64,000 bases of DNA, from the NCBI GenBank assembly GCA_040954595.2, contig CM082588.2, positions 11,173,398 through 11,237,397 on the forward strand, given 5' to 3'. The notes beneath the pieces are model-generated. The model was not told the DNA's origin and did not search any database. It saw nothing but the letters and a program-made list of their open reading frames with translations. Numbering within the stretch: the first letter of the stretch is position 1; the number at the start of each line of letters is the position of its first letter. The position numbers and the translations under genes were made by a program. The DNA comes from Balanoglossus misakiensis (Eukaryota > Animalia > Hemichordata). This document shows positions 37,406 through 51,119 of this stretch, in pieces.

Positions 37406-37829
37406 CAGACAATTATTACACGAATGCATAGCAACAATTATTTTACCCAACCTGACACTAATAAATTACCCAATGATTTTAAATTTCTTATTATTACACC
37501 CCAACTAATCATTATACCTTTGTAATATTAACACCGTTTATACACATCCCATAATGTTTATACCATCAAGTTAATACCATTTTATTATTATTATACCACC
37601 AAAACCATGTGTTACCCATTTTTTTTATTATTACACCATTGATGTTAACACCTTTATATATTATACCGGTATTTACCCTCTGTACATGTACAGTTTTTTA
37701 TTTACCACGTGGCATTACTCATGTTTTTATAGTATTTTAATTACTTATCATACCCTTGAAACCATAATATTATACCCTTGCAGACAGTTTTATTATAGTA
37801 CCCTTGTGCACAATGTCTTATTAGTCATC

Positions 37830-38005
37830 ATACACCAACCCTTCACCATTTCATTAGATTATACCATTTTTATTAGCCTAACCTGTTTATACACCAACCC
37901 TTCACCATTCCGTTAGATTATACCATTTTTTATTACCCTAACATATTCATACACCAACCCTTTACCATTCCCTCAGATTAAACCATTTTTATTAGCCTAA
38001 CCTAT
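37830..38005. repeat. ~59-bp tandem repeat, 3 copies
   Basis: TACACCAACCCTT(C/T)ACCATT...AGATTATACCATTTTTATT at ~37831, ~37889 and ~37950. Confidence 0.8.
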
Positions 38006-38189
38006 TGACAGCATCCCTCTGGTTTTGATATTGTTATCTGGTGCGGCGTTGTTGTAGATATTGATTAGACTCCCTCCGGCGATGATAATACCAATGAACC
38101 TATTGAAAAAAAAGAATGAATATTATTAATTAGATCAGATCAACAAATCATGGCGTCGTTCATCCCTCTGGTCACAGGAGCATCATCTG

Positions 38190-38915
38190 GCGTCGTTACA
38201 GGTTTAAGTTCATCCCTCCAGTACAGTATAAGGTGGCGGCGTCGTTACAAGTATTAAGTTCATCTCTCCAGTACAGTATTAGGTGGCGGCGTCGTTACAA
38301 GTATTAACTTCATCTCTCCAGTACAGTATTAGGTGGCGGCGTCGTTACAAGTATTAACTTCATCTCTCCAGTACAGTATTAGGTGGCGGCGTCGTTACAA
38401 GTTTAAGTTCATCCCTCCAGTACAGTATTAGGTGGCGGCGTCGTTACAAGTATTAACTTCATCTCTCCAGTACAGTATTAGGTGGCGGCGTCGTTACAAG
38501 TATTAACTTCATCTCTCCAGTACAGTATTAGGTGGCGGCGTCGTTACAAGTATTAACTTCATCTCTCCAGTACAGTATTAGGTGGCGGCGTCGTTACAAG
38601 TATTAACTTCATCTCTCCAGTACAGTATTAGGTGGCGGCGTCGTTACAAGTATTAACTTCATCTCTCCAGTACAGTATTAGGTGGCGGCGTCGTTACAAG
38701 TATTAACTTCATCTCTCCAGTACAGTATTAGGTGGCGGCGTCGTTACAAGTATTAACTTCATCTTTCCAGTACAGTATTAGGTGGCGGCGTCGTTACAAG
38801 TATTAACTTCATCTCTCCAGTACAGTATTAGGTGGCGGCGTCGTTACAAGTTTAAGTTCATACCTCCAGTACAGTATTAGGTGGCGACGTCGTTACAAAT
38901 ATTACACTCCCTCCA
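38190..38915. repeat. 50-bp minisatellite, ~14 copies
   Basis: Unit CATCTCTCCAGTACAGTATTAGGTGGCGGCGTCGTTACAAGTATTAACTT at 38261, 38311, 38361 and onward, with a 49-bp variant. Confidence 0.95.
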
Positions 38916-39681
38916 GCAGCAGTGTTACCAAAGAACCTAATGTAAAAAAAGAATGAAATTATTTTAATAATCTGATTAGGTCAAGTCATCATATTGATAA
39001 AGAAAACGACAAGAAGAAATCATTTAAAAATTAACGCTGCCAGCACCATTGGTTGGGCCCAAACGGTTCCCATGGTTACCAGGGTATGCCAAGGCTGTAT
39101 TCTGCTGTGAATACCAAGATATATGAAAGCTGGTCAAAGGTTACCCCAGGGTCATTGAAAATCGCAAAAAATAGCGTCAAGGACACTGTGGTCTCATTTA
39201 GTGATTACACTAGAAAAAGTCTACACAGGAGTACAGACAGACAGACACACACATAGAGAGGCAATAAAATATGATGCCCCCCCCCCAGCCCCGAAAACAT
39301 CTTGATCTTATGTATGCTGGCCTGGTACAATAGACAAACCAGCCAATTAATGAAAATTTTGTACAAATACAGAGCTCAAAGTTGCATTTTAGTGAGCCCA
39401 AAAGCAAATTAACTCAATGTTACGACAAATTTTACTTTTGCCACTCAAAGTTTGCATCGGTGGGGTGGGATGGCAAGTACTCTTCCCTGATACAATAGAC
39501 AAACCAGCCAATAAATGAAATGAGGTGAAGAATGAAGGTGAAGAATGAATAACTTTATTTGATTCCATTATCTAAACAAACACATCCAATTAACTTCCTA
39601 CTCAAATTTCAAAGTAATCAGTCATAGGTTTTGTAAATCATCATGAGAAATCACCCTGAAACCAAATCAAATCAAAAATCA

Positions 39682-39976
39682 TATAAGCCTAGTCGGGCTC
39701 TGCGCTCCAGCTCAAGGAACCAGTTGTGTGTACCAAAGTACAGACTCAAAACATATGGTGGATGTGCCTTTTCCCTTGTCGCGCCACAACTTTGGAATTA
39801 TCTGCCATCTGACATTCAACAGGCTTCTAGTCTCAACATTTTCAAACAAAAACTCAAGACATTTCTATTTGTCAAAGCCTACGAACACTGATGTTATACT
39901 TTCAGCGCCTTTGGAAATAACATTGTTATTGATTCTGGCGCTTTATAAATGTTTGTTTTGATTTGATTTGATTTGA
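39682..39976 (+). mobile_element. L2/CR1-group LINE 3' end (5'-truncated insertion)
   Basis: ORF2 C-terminus YKPSRALRSS...RLKTYGGCAFSLVAPQLWNYLP...FKQKLKTFLF, 3' UTR AGCGCC...GGCGCT stem and (TTTGA)n tail. The host sequence 'caaaaatca|tccc' is uninterrupted in the paralog at ~41060. Confidence 0.9.
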
Positions 39977-41804
39977 TCCCCCAAAAATATACTATTCAAT
40001 TCATCAAGTTGATTTGAAAAACATACATGCAAATCTTACTTGAGCTACCCCTAACATGACTAACAAATTTTAAAGCAATGGAACAAGCGGTTTTAGAGAA
40101 AAAAAATTAATTAAACAAGGCTGAAATTGCTCCAAAATTATCAATATGCAAATGTTGCAACATTTCAACAAAAGTATTGTAACTCATATCACCTACATGA
40201 AGCTTCATACTAAATTTTTTTACCACAAATGAGGAAAAAGGCAAAAAATGCATAAAATAGAACATTCAAACTATTAGTTAAAAAAATACAGGATTGTATG
40301 TGGTTGACATAAGGTACTTGCATACCAATTGTCAAATCAATCTGTAAATTATCATGAGAACAAACCCTGAAACCTTCAAATCAAATTTCAAAGCAGTGGG
40401 GGTAAAGGGGGCACAGTACGATATTTTACCCACAACTCTCCATGATTTGTATCATCGAGATTGTCCATTTAATTACTTTCTGTTTTAGATACTAACAATG
40501 ATATGAAGTACATATAACTGTATTAAGATTTATCTAGAAAAAGTATGTTGAGGAATTAGAGTGAAAATTTCAAAATCAAGATTTAAAAGCCATAGAAATC
40601 AAAGTATTCATTCATGTACGTCAAATGTCACACTTAGGAGGAAAGAAGCAATGACTAACTGAGGTGGCCAGTCTCTGTTGAAAGTCAACATGTAAATTTC
40701 CATTGTTCTGTCTATAGAAAAAAATCAATATTGTTTTGTTTGATTAAACAAGTGTTTCAAGTGTCCCTGTTTTACTTCAAACTTTTTTGTATCGGCTGGC
40801 TATGCAATTGCTTATTTTATAAAATTTGTATCTCCTCTTTCAATAATGCATGATTTTGTTTATCATTTGAAATGGTAATTGACAATAAGATTCGCCTTTA
40901 AAGCATGCTCTCAAAATTTGTATTAGTGGTCTACAATTTTCTCTACACATGTGAACTTTGCCTGGTTTGACCGAGTAATCTCTGGTTGTACAAACCAGAG
41001 TGATTCATGGGATATTTCACGTACTGTGGGGGGTTCTGAGAAGAGTTTTGACCAAAAATGGCAAAAATCATCCCAAAAATATACTATTCAATTCATCAAG
41101 TTGATTTGAAAAACATACATGCAAATCTTACTTGGGCTACCCCTAATATGACTAACAAATTTCAAAGCAATGTAACAACCGGTTTAAAAAAAAAATTCAA
41201 AAACGGCCGAAATTGCTCCAAAATTATGAATATGCAAATTTTGCAACATTTTAACAAAAGTATGCTAACTCATATCACCTATATGAAGCTTCATACTAAA
41301 TTTCAAAGAAGTCGTCTCATCAATTTTAGAAAAGTAGATGTTTTACCAAAAATGAGGAAAAAGGCAAAAAATGCATAAAAATAGAACATTCAAACTATTC
41401 AAAATACAGGACTGTATGTGGTTGACATAAGGTACTTGCATACCAATTGTCAAATCAATCTGACCAGTGGTTTTGACCAATTTCAAATTTTCCCAGCTAA
41501 TTTGCATTTATTTAACAATTTCAACTGAATATGGCTGCCAGGTCAAATGACTGATTTGAATTTCAAGGTGCACACTCATTGGCAAGGACAACTGTGACAA
41601 ATTCAAGAAGCATAGGTGTGGCAGGTTTTCAGAGCAAGGTGTAAAAAATATCCAGGGAATGGGGCCCAAGCTCCTAAAAACCCAGCACAATACCAATAGG
41701 GACTCATATTACTAACAAAGTGTAAGCCTGTAATAAGTCAAAAGCTGCACATCTTTTTACCACCTCGTGCCAGTACTAAGCAATAAGACTTTTTATAGAG
41801 TTGT

Positions 41805-42545
41805 TTAAGGTGGCACTGCATGAAACCGTCGAGACTTTTTCAGAGGCCTATTTCTCATCAAAGACAAAGTTTAAACCCCCATAAACCATATATATTCTGG
41901 AAGCTGAGATTTTGAACTTTTGTTTGAGTTGCAAATATTATTGATCCCCTGAAATGGTGGCGATTTTGGGCGAAAAAACCCATTTTTTGATATTATGTCA
42001 TGAAATTTAAAATAGGTAAAAAAGTTGACCATGCATCATGCATCTTAATATGTCATTCGAAACTAAAGTACACGTGCAAAAAAACGCTAATTTTGTTTTG
42101 CGTTATCTGCTTCCATTGAGGAGTAACAGCGTTTGAAAGTTAGATTTTCTGAAAATTTGATCAAATTCACGGTGAGTTGTATTGAATCAGAGTTTATTCC
42201 CGCCAGGGACACTTTATCGACATACAAAACTAGCGTTTTGTTGGATGGGTCATACACAATTCCCTGTCAAAATTTGAGCAAATTCGGCCAATGCAGGGCG
42301 AAGCTATTTTAGTCCGAAGTTGTCAAAAGCAGCGAAAATGCAAACCGAGAAAAACGGCCATTTGCATTGTTGACACCTATTTGTTAAGCTGTGAACTCAT
42401 TCAGAAAAGTGCTATTTGGGGGTGATTGTGCACCATTTCCGCCAAGACGTATTAGTCAGGATGTGGGTGAGTATTAGGCCTACCGATTTATGTAAAAAAG
42501 TAAAATTTGGCAAAAATCACAACTTTTCATGCAATGCCACCTTAA
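41805..42545. mobile_element. ~740-bp TTAA-flanked non-autonomous DNA transposon (Kolobok-like)
   Basis: TTAA-GGTGGCACTGCATGAAA...TTTCATGCAATGCCACC-TTAA. Confidence 0.82.
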
Positions 42546-44236
42546 TTGTCTCTGCTGATGCCAGAGATTGAAAAAGAATCCTACAAGTTAGGATTTTCAG
42601 AAACAATGATAGCTACTTCTATTACTGTTTGTAAACAAAAATGTGATGTTCACCGCCTTGTTTTCAGAAAAGTATTTACATAAATGTTTTTCCATAGAGT
42701 TAACACAGACATTGGCAGCCATCTTGAATTTCAAAAACTGCAACAATATCTCCAATGCAACAAATCTGCAAATTGTACTATTTGACACCTGACTTAGGTC
42801 AAGGGGTTTCAGAGATGATGACTACTCTTCAGACTCAGACAAAATAATAATGCAATATTCAGCGGAATTTCAAAAGCATTGACTAAGATCACCAAGGGAC
42901 AATTCATACCAAAGATCAAAACAATTAGACGTACCTATTTTAAAGATCATTATGAAAACTTTACAGATTCGGTTATAATGTAAATAAAAGTAGATCACCC
43001 CTGTGGACATGGCAATCAGACATGCATATTCTGACAAGATTTTTTGTTTGTACAAAAAGGCAACTGTCTCCAAAATACAAAATTACAGATTATGTCACAT
43101 ACCTCAGGGAGATCAATACTAAATTTCAGAGAAAATTTCCCCCCAAATATGCAAATTTCACCATATTTTGAAGAAACAACTTGTGTCATACCTAGAAACC
43201 TGCATAGTCAAAGTAATCTACGAGCTTAGCTTTTTTCTTCCAAAAACAGCAAAAAACTTGTTCCAAACTACAAATATGCAGAATTCAACACAATTTGAAC
43301 ACACATTACTTCGCCACCCCAAGAAACCTGCACACCAATTTTAAAAGCACTTGCGCCAGTGATTTCAGAAAAGAAAAATGTTGACAGACATAGGATGACT
43401 GAACATCTATCTACCTGTCAGATAACTTTTGCAGTGCTGAGAGCAGAGCTAGAGATTGGTGTTGTCTTTTTACATTTTAAATCATCACACTTTGCTACTC
43501 AAAGCTACTATTCTGCTATGCTTGAGAAATGACTTGGGACCATTTTTGGCAAACAATAGTCACTAATCTTCCTCAGTTTATAGTACAATGTACCTACACT
43601 GTTTTAGTAATGTACTGAAAATGTTCAGACTATTTCTTGTGTCTGCATATGTCTTTAGTACAGAAGAATAATCTATCCGGTTGTCATTTCTCTGTTTATT
43701 CAGAAATAAACTAGTCTGGGTTGCAACAGTAAAAATTTTAAAATATTCATACCCTTTCTGAAGGATGTTCAAAACCAATACCTATGTGAAGCATTATATC
43801 AAATTTGCTGGGTAACTGTGGATTTATAACTTTTGCTAATTACAGTGCTAACTCACACTGGATGATTCGACGGTAATTTTAGATTCATATGAAGATTTTT
43901 TACCAATAATGTTGAAAAATACAAACAAATGCATCAAAAATAGAAAATCAAAATTAGCTCAAAACATACAGGACTGTATGAGGTAGGCATAAGGTACTTG
44001 CATACCAATTTCCAAATCAATCTGACCAGCAGTTGTTGAATTTTGCGAGTTTTGACCAATTTCACATTTTCCAGCTAATTTGCATATATTTGGTAATGAC
44101 ATTTTCATGTTAACAAACTCCAATCTACAGCCCAGCCTGCATCTGCACACCAAATATCGAGGTGATATGCACAACGGTTTTCAAGTTTTAGATGTGGACG
44201 GACATACAGACATACATCCATACAAACAGACAGACA

Positions 44237-44438
44237 TACTGTAAAACACTTTATTTTCGCGAGCAATTAATTTTCGCCAAATACGCGAGAGCCAAAATAA
44301 CGTGAAAATAAAAAGTCGCGTAAATTGTTTTTGAAGATAACGATGCAGTGAATGAAATAAGAGAACGCGAAAATTAATACTCGCGAAACAGTGGCCTCTC
44401 TCGATATCGCGAAAAATTTAACTCGCGAAAATACAGTA
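44237..44438. mobile_element. TA-flanked MITE family B inserted in a HINE microsatellite
   Basis: cagaca-TA-CTGTAAAACAC...AAATACAG-TA-catcc. Confidence 0.8.
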
Positions 44439-44739
44439 CATCCATACATAAATACAGACGCAGCTGATTCCATAAGGCCCATGGTACATACCATATGGGA
44501 CCTAAAAACTGCAGAAGCTACACAAAACATTAATACTGAAAACATGGCAAACAGTTGTTGCTAACGGGGTTTTAAATCTCCCTTATAGATATTTTTGAAC
44601 TCCCAATTTATGATTATTGACTGTTTGATTGATTAGTTGTTGCACAAATGATAGTATTATCAAAGTAAATAATATCTGTGAGAAATTTCTTTTCATATTT
44701 ATTTGAATATGGATAGGGTAAGATGGGGGTTAAACAAAA

Positions 44740-47700
44740 CTACATTTGTTCAAAAGTGGCAAAAACACAAATATGCAAAAATCACTATAATTGTACACCA
44801 TCTTACTTAAATCACTACAAGGAACATTCCTGTCAAAGTTCAAAGCAATCTGACAAGCGCTTTCAGACACAGCGAATTTGATAACCATCTACAAATATAT
44901 TTTTATTTTTTAAACAATTCTTTTACAACACCTTACTTGGGTTACCCCCCTAGGAATCTGCATTCTGAGCAAAAATTACAAAATTGCTCAAAATTATAAA
45001 TATACCAATTTCACAACAATTTGCAATTTGAACAAAAACTATGGCTTTCAGAAAGGAAGATTTTTCTTTACCAATAATGCAGTAAAAGACAAAACAATAA
45101 AAATAGAAAATTCATAATATTAGCTCAAAACAAAACATACAGGACTGTATGGCATTTATTGACATTTATAAGAATATGGACAGGGTATGATAGGGGGGGG
45201 GGGAATTATAAATTCCAAGGGGGTCATCAATTTTTTGTCATAGCTTTTTGGGGCCATAGAAAAAATAACCTAAAAAGTAGGAAATCCTACGTCCCCCTAA
45301 GCTTTCATTCTGGCCAACAACTTTTTATGAAGGCTTCTGCAGTTGTTAAAAACAGATTGCCTGCTATGTTAGACTATCAATCTATAGAGGGGATGAAAAA
45401 TGTCCTTTTGTCAAGTGTCTGGATTTTGATAACTTCAACAGGTAAAAATATATTTGTAGATGTTTATCAAATTCGCTATGTCTGAAACAGTATGCTTGCA
45501 AATGTATTAATATAGTCAGATAATATGAATAGTGAAGATAGCAAAACAAACAGGTTTATGCTTATAGCCATAACTTCTATTAGTGATGTACATGTTGTAC
45601 TTAGCAAATAATTGTTATGATCAACTTGGTTTTTATTGCACAAGATCTTTTTATTGCATCCATGTTTCGTTTCATTCTGGATAATAGTCTGTCTAAATAA
45701 GTTAACAGGCTTGATGAGGGTTATTTTAAACAGCGTTCTCAAAAAACCTGCAATGTCATGCCCTATATTTATAAAGTTGAGGAGAGGTTGTATTCCTAGC
45801 AGGATGTTGAAATCATTGGAGGACAAACCCTGCCAGTACCAAAAGTTGCTGGGTGTTATAAATGTTTGAGTAACCCCCCCCCCCTTCCCCAATAACACAA
45901 TATATACTTAAACATTTTTACAACATCTTACTCAGTTTACCCTTAGGAATATGCCTACCAAATCAATCTGGCATGCAGTTTTAAAGAAAAAAAAATGACC
46001 AAAAGTGGCAAAAATTGCTCAAAATTAAAATATGCAAATTTTTCAACAATTTGAACAAAACTTTGGTTACTCAGACAACCATTAGAAGCTTCATACTAAA
46101 ATTCAAAGAATGAGGCCTATAACTTTAAGAAATGATGATTTCTTTACCAATAATGTGGAATAATACAAAAAATGCATAAAAGATTTTTGGCATAAAAAAT
46201 TAAAAATCGATAATATTAGCTCAAAACATACAGGACTGTTTGAGGTAGACATAAGGTACATGCATACTGATTTTCAAATGAATGTGACCAGTGGTTGTTG
46301 AGTTTGAGTTTTGACCAATTTCACATTTTCCTAGCTAATTTGCATATTTTTGGCAATGACAGCTTCATTTGAACAAACTCCAATCTTCAGCCTGGCCTGC
46401 ATCTACACACCAAATATCGAGGTCATATGCCCAGCGGTTTTCAAGTTTGTGATGTGGACGGACATACAGACATACATACATACATCCACCGATATCATAA
46501 GGTCCCATGGTAAAGCAAATGGGACCTTACAAAACTATGATAACTCAGATCACCTATGAAGCTTCATACTAAATTTCAAATAAGTCAGCTGATCAATTCC
46601 AGAAAAGCAGATTTTCTACCGATAATGTGGAAAGAGACAAAAAATACATAAAAAATCGAAAATTCACATTAGCTCACAACATATAGAACTGTGTGAGGTT
46701 AACATAACTTACAGGAATACCAATTTTCAATTTTGAAAGCAATTTGCTCAGTAGTTGAAAAACATTTAATGAGTTTAATATGCTAACTACGGAGACAGAC
46801 ATGTTTGACCAAAGCATGAAATACACAAAATGTATCATTTCTTCCACCTCTTACTACAGTGGGTTGTAGACTTTTCGCCCAGAATGCAATGTGATTTGAC
46901 CCCCTAGCGCAAAGTGAAAACCTATTTAAGGCAGCCAGAATTTTCTGCATAGTATGACGGAAACATTTGTAAAGTCATGGCTAGCGTGGGCTGGTAAGTT
47001 TATATGGGGCTCTCCATGATAACCAGTTGTGGCTTACCACCACCATAATTTTGAAAGGGCGACTTCACTATTTGATGGGAAAAGGTAGCCTTTACAAACA
47101 AGCTATGGAGCATGTATACAGCAAGTTGTGCTTACCGGAAAGCGGTCTTGGATCAGGCCTAGGTATTCTCTTCCTCCTCCGGCATACGTTGAAATGCTGT
47201 GTTTAAGACTGTGAATCAAATATATGCTTATCAATTAGTAACCAATCAACCTTGCTTTAGAATTATTTGGGCCATACTAATTAGTGAAAATATGCAAAAC
47301 ATGGTATAATATAGGGTCAGACTGTGCTGCGATAATGTACGTGGAATACGAATCAGAGAAATCTGTAACAGCGATCTTGAAACTCCATTTACATCAGTAC
47401 TGCAGTAAAGTGGTCCACATGGGTATACCACAAACATGGCAGTTAGGTGACAAGTGAAACTGACATCATATCTGTAAACGACAGGTGTACACACACTTTG
47501 ACATCTACGTAACACTGTACAATGATTTCTTAATGTTTGTTGTGAAAATGAAACTTACATTTGATCCACCTCACTTTTCATACAACTGATTAGCGCAAGA
47601 ATGTAAATTGTTGGCAATTATAAAACATTTATTTTACTATAGAAAAGTAAGCCTTTACATTTAAACTTTGAATATCAGTATACTAAAATGTTTCAAACGT

Positions 47701-48500
47701 GGCTGTCAGTATATCTCATGGCATGGTGGCAGAAGTACATGTTGTTACCAGGGAAGACACATTGAACATAGACAAGCGCACTAGTCGCTTGGTGATTTTT
47801 CATCTAGATTCTCAAAACTTTCTGTGCATTTGGTAGCTTTGAGCAAGTTTCTGGTACTGAGCTGAGTTTCGAATTTGGAACTGGGCTGCTTTGGCTTTGA
47901 TTACCATGGGCCAATATGATCTTATGCACACATTTTTGAAAAAAACTCCAGCCTGTTTGTGTCGTGATCTATATTTTTCTTTGTGGCCTAAGGTATTGTT
48001 TTATTTCACTATAAACAACATTACTTTCCTTCATGTGTCTATATATAATAATAGATCTCTTAGCCAGTTTGATGAAGCATAGTGTTGGACTAGCACACTT
48101 TCAGCCAAAATTACGGTATCTCCCCGTGTATTGGTATGGGAGTAATTTCTAGCTATATGGTTAAGGAAATGCATCCAAATTTAATTTATGCTTCACATGA
48201 AGATTTGAACTTGACCATTTAATTCATGTCATCACGATCATATCACAGGCAATCGAGGCTAGAATTCGAAGGAAAAAAGTATTGATAACTGGAAGGTGTA
48301 AATTAGTTCGTAGACATACATTGTTTCCTATTGTTTCGGTTGTGCCACGCCCGATAAAAGCAAATATACAGCAAGTCATGCTTACCATTGAGCGGTCTTA
48401 AACTCGCCCCAGACGAGGAAGAGAATCCCGAGTTGAAATGCAGACAATTTCAGGCAGCATCTGTGAATCAAATAGATATAGAAGTTAGTAACCAGTCATA
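44740..48500 (+). repeat. Local segmental duplication, copy A
   Basis: Collinear blocks 44741~51125, 46545~51940, 46770~53282, 47015~53750 and 47940~54060. Confidence 0.8.
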
Positions 48501-50859
48501 GTAGCTCTAAGTTGGGTGTAAAAGTCTAAGTTGGGTGTACTAACTCTCCTTGTTAACAGTAACTTTCAAAGAAACTGAGCAATTGGTTAAAAAGATTTGC
48601 TATCCAAAAACAAAGAAATTTACAACAAACTACCTAAATATTGACAACCAGAATTTAATCAAAGTTGCACATACATGTACATGTGTTATGAAATTGTTAA
48701 CTAACTTCCAAAGCAATCAGGAACCAGATATTAACTGAATATGCTCACGTGCAGTACTGTGATTGGTTGACAGAAAAACAAGATTAGAAAAACCAGTTTT
48801 AAACCATTTTGGTTTATAGTGTATATGGTGTAAGGGTTGTGTGTTGCACCATTGTGAAATGTAAACATGTTTGTGGAATTGTTGCCTTGTCAATTTTTGT
48901 AAGGGGTTATGAGTCATGTACCCCATCCTGAACAGCATAAAAATAATAAGTCTATGGAATTCTAAAACTCTTTGATCAAAAATGGCAAGAAATATACCAA
49001 AAAGTATGAATATTTCACCAGATTTCAACAAATCTGATTTCTGTTCATGCCTAAGAACCTCTTTAACAAGTTTCAATAAGGAAGACATTTTGGCAAACAA
49101 CAGGAAATTCAGACAAATCTGACTGATATCACATATATGAATTCCCATTCAAAGTTTCCAACCAATTGGACTTGTGGTATTACCGAAGACTATTTGGCCA
49201 AACCCTGCAGAAATTCCCAAAAAATACAATTATGCAAATTTCATTACAATTTGATCATATCTGACTGAGATCACCCCTAGAAACCCAAATACAAAGTATC
49301 AAAACAATTGCACCTACATTTCACAGGATTGGATTTTTTGGCAAAAACAGGAAATATTGCCCAAAAATGCATTTTTGCAAATTTCACCACCGTTTGCACA
49401 AATGTGATTCAGGTAAGCCCTATGAACCTCCATACCAAGTTTCCAATCAATTGGACATGTAATTTCAGAGAAAATTTTTTTTTAACAAAACTGCAGAAAA
49501 TTCCCCAAAAAATTCATCAAAAATAGGAAACGCCAGATACTGACTCCACCTGAACAAAATCATACGAGGTCTTCCCAAAGTACTTGCACACCAATGCACG
49601 CCAATTTTTAACTTAATCTGATCCGCTGTTATTAAGTTTTTCAATTTTGACTATTTGAACATTTTTCCAGTTAATACCAGTATGCATTTTTTCGCAATAA
49701 CAATTTCTATGTACACACTAAATATCAGTAGTTTCAAGTTTTTGATGTTGATGGACATACACATACATACATCAATACATTAAGACGAAACTAATCCATT
49801 CACAAAATACATAATTCTGTATGAGGCACACATACAGACATACATAGCCGACGGACACCAACTTATGCTATAAGCTGACATTTATATACATGTTAGCCAA
49901 AAACCAAAATCAACCTCAAAATAGACATTAAAATATATTGCACCACCATGAGAAGACAAATTCATTTTTTGACAAATTTTCTGGGGCGTCATTGATATAG
50001 CATGGCATATTGTCAAAGTACGTAGGCTCTGTGATAAGATTCCATACACACAAAATGGTAACCTTGGAAGTCCAGCTGACGTAGTTATGCAATGGCGTCT
50101 CGTGTATTCTGTCGCCAAAAAATCATCGTAAACTAATTGATAGTCGGGGTCACAATTCAAGACGACTTTCTCTAAATTCTTTATGAATGGATTAAATCGA
50201 AATCGAAATGTTGACGTATGACGTACGGAATGAGATCTGAACAGACATTCAATGTTATCATTCTCGCTCGATCACATATTGGGTAGGCCATCTAGCAATC
50301 GCTATATAGTATTGGCGATAACAGACTGTCTATAAACACACAAAACGGATTTTACTGTTGAGTGTGATCAACCACCATGTTATTTTTCTCTGAACAATAG
50401 ACAAATAGAAAGCCTGGTGACATTTTGAGATTGACTGCGTGAGGACCACAATATGCGTGAATCATTTACGGTTTGTCTTGATGAATGGGTCACGTCATAG
50501 TCATAACGCGGATTCGGCTGCACGCCAACTATCCGCCATATTGTCTCCACTAACTTACTCGTAAGTAGTTTCAAACTTCATTTGAAAAGAGTATTCGTCT
50601 GACGGTCCTGTAGATTAACAATTTACGCTCTATGAAGCAACTAAACAACGTTAGCTTCCTTGTGGATTCACGTAGGGAAGTTATTCGTAACGACGGGTAC
50701 AGCGTCTGAGCATGGACAGAACCACGGCAATATCGCCAGGAATGTCTCATTTCACAGCGCCCTCAAACAGTCGATCTCCTCAAACTATCGTTTCCACTGG
50801 TCATATATGCAGCATTAACGAAAGCTCTCATAGACAACCATGTAATAGAAAAATTAAAA

Positions 50860-51057
50860 CTTTAATAACTTCATTAATATCAAAGCCACACCCACCAAAA
50901 CCTTTTCAATTCTTGCCATATGATATCTGAACCTGTGTACTAAATTTGGTTGAAATCGGTTCAGCGGTTCTTGAGATATCGGGTATACAGACAGACACAC
51001 ACATACACAGACATCGCTAAACTATAAGCTCACGTGATTTTCAGGTGAGCTAAAAAT
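50860..51057 (-). mobile_element. HINE/DINE-like element end
   Basis: (CA/CAGA) microsatellite followed by the palindrome AGCTCACGTG...CAGGTGAGCT-AAAAA. Confidence 0.65.
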
Positions 51058-51119
51058 TGGGTTACCCCTAGGAATATTCCTACCATATTTCAAAGCCATC
51101 AAAAAAGCAGTTTCAAAGA

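Noticed and set aside
38190-38915. 50-bp array as CRISPR or a coding repeat
   Set aside because: No spacers, and the period is not a multiple of three.
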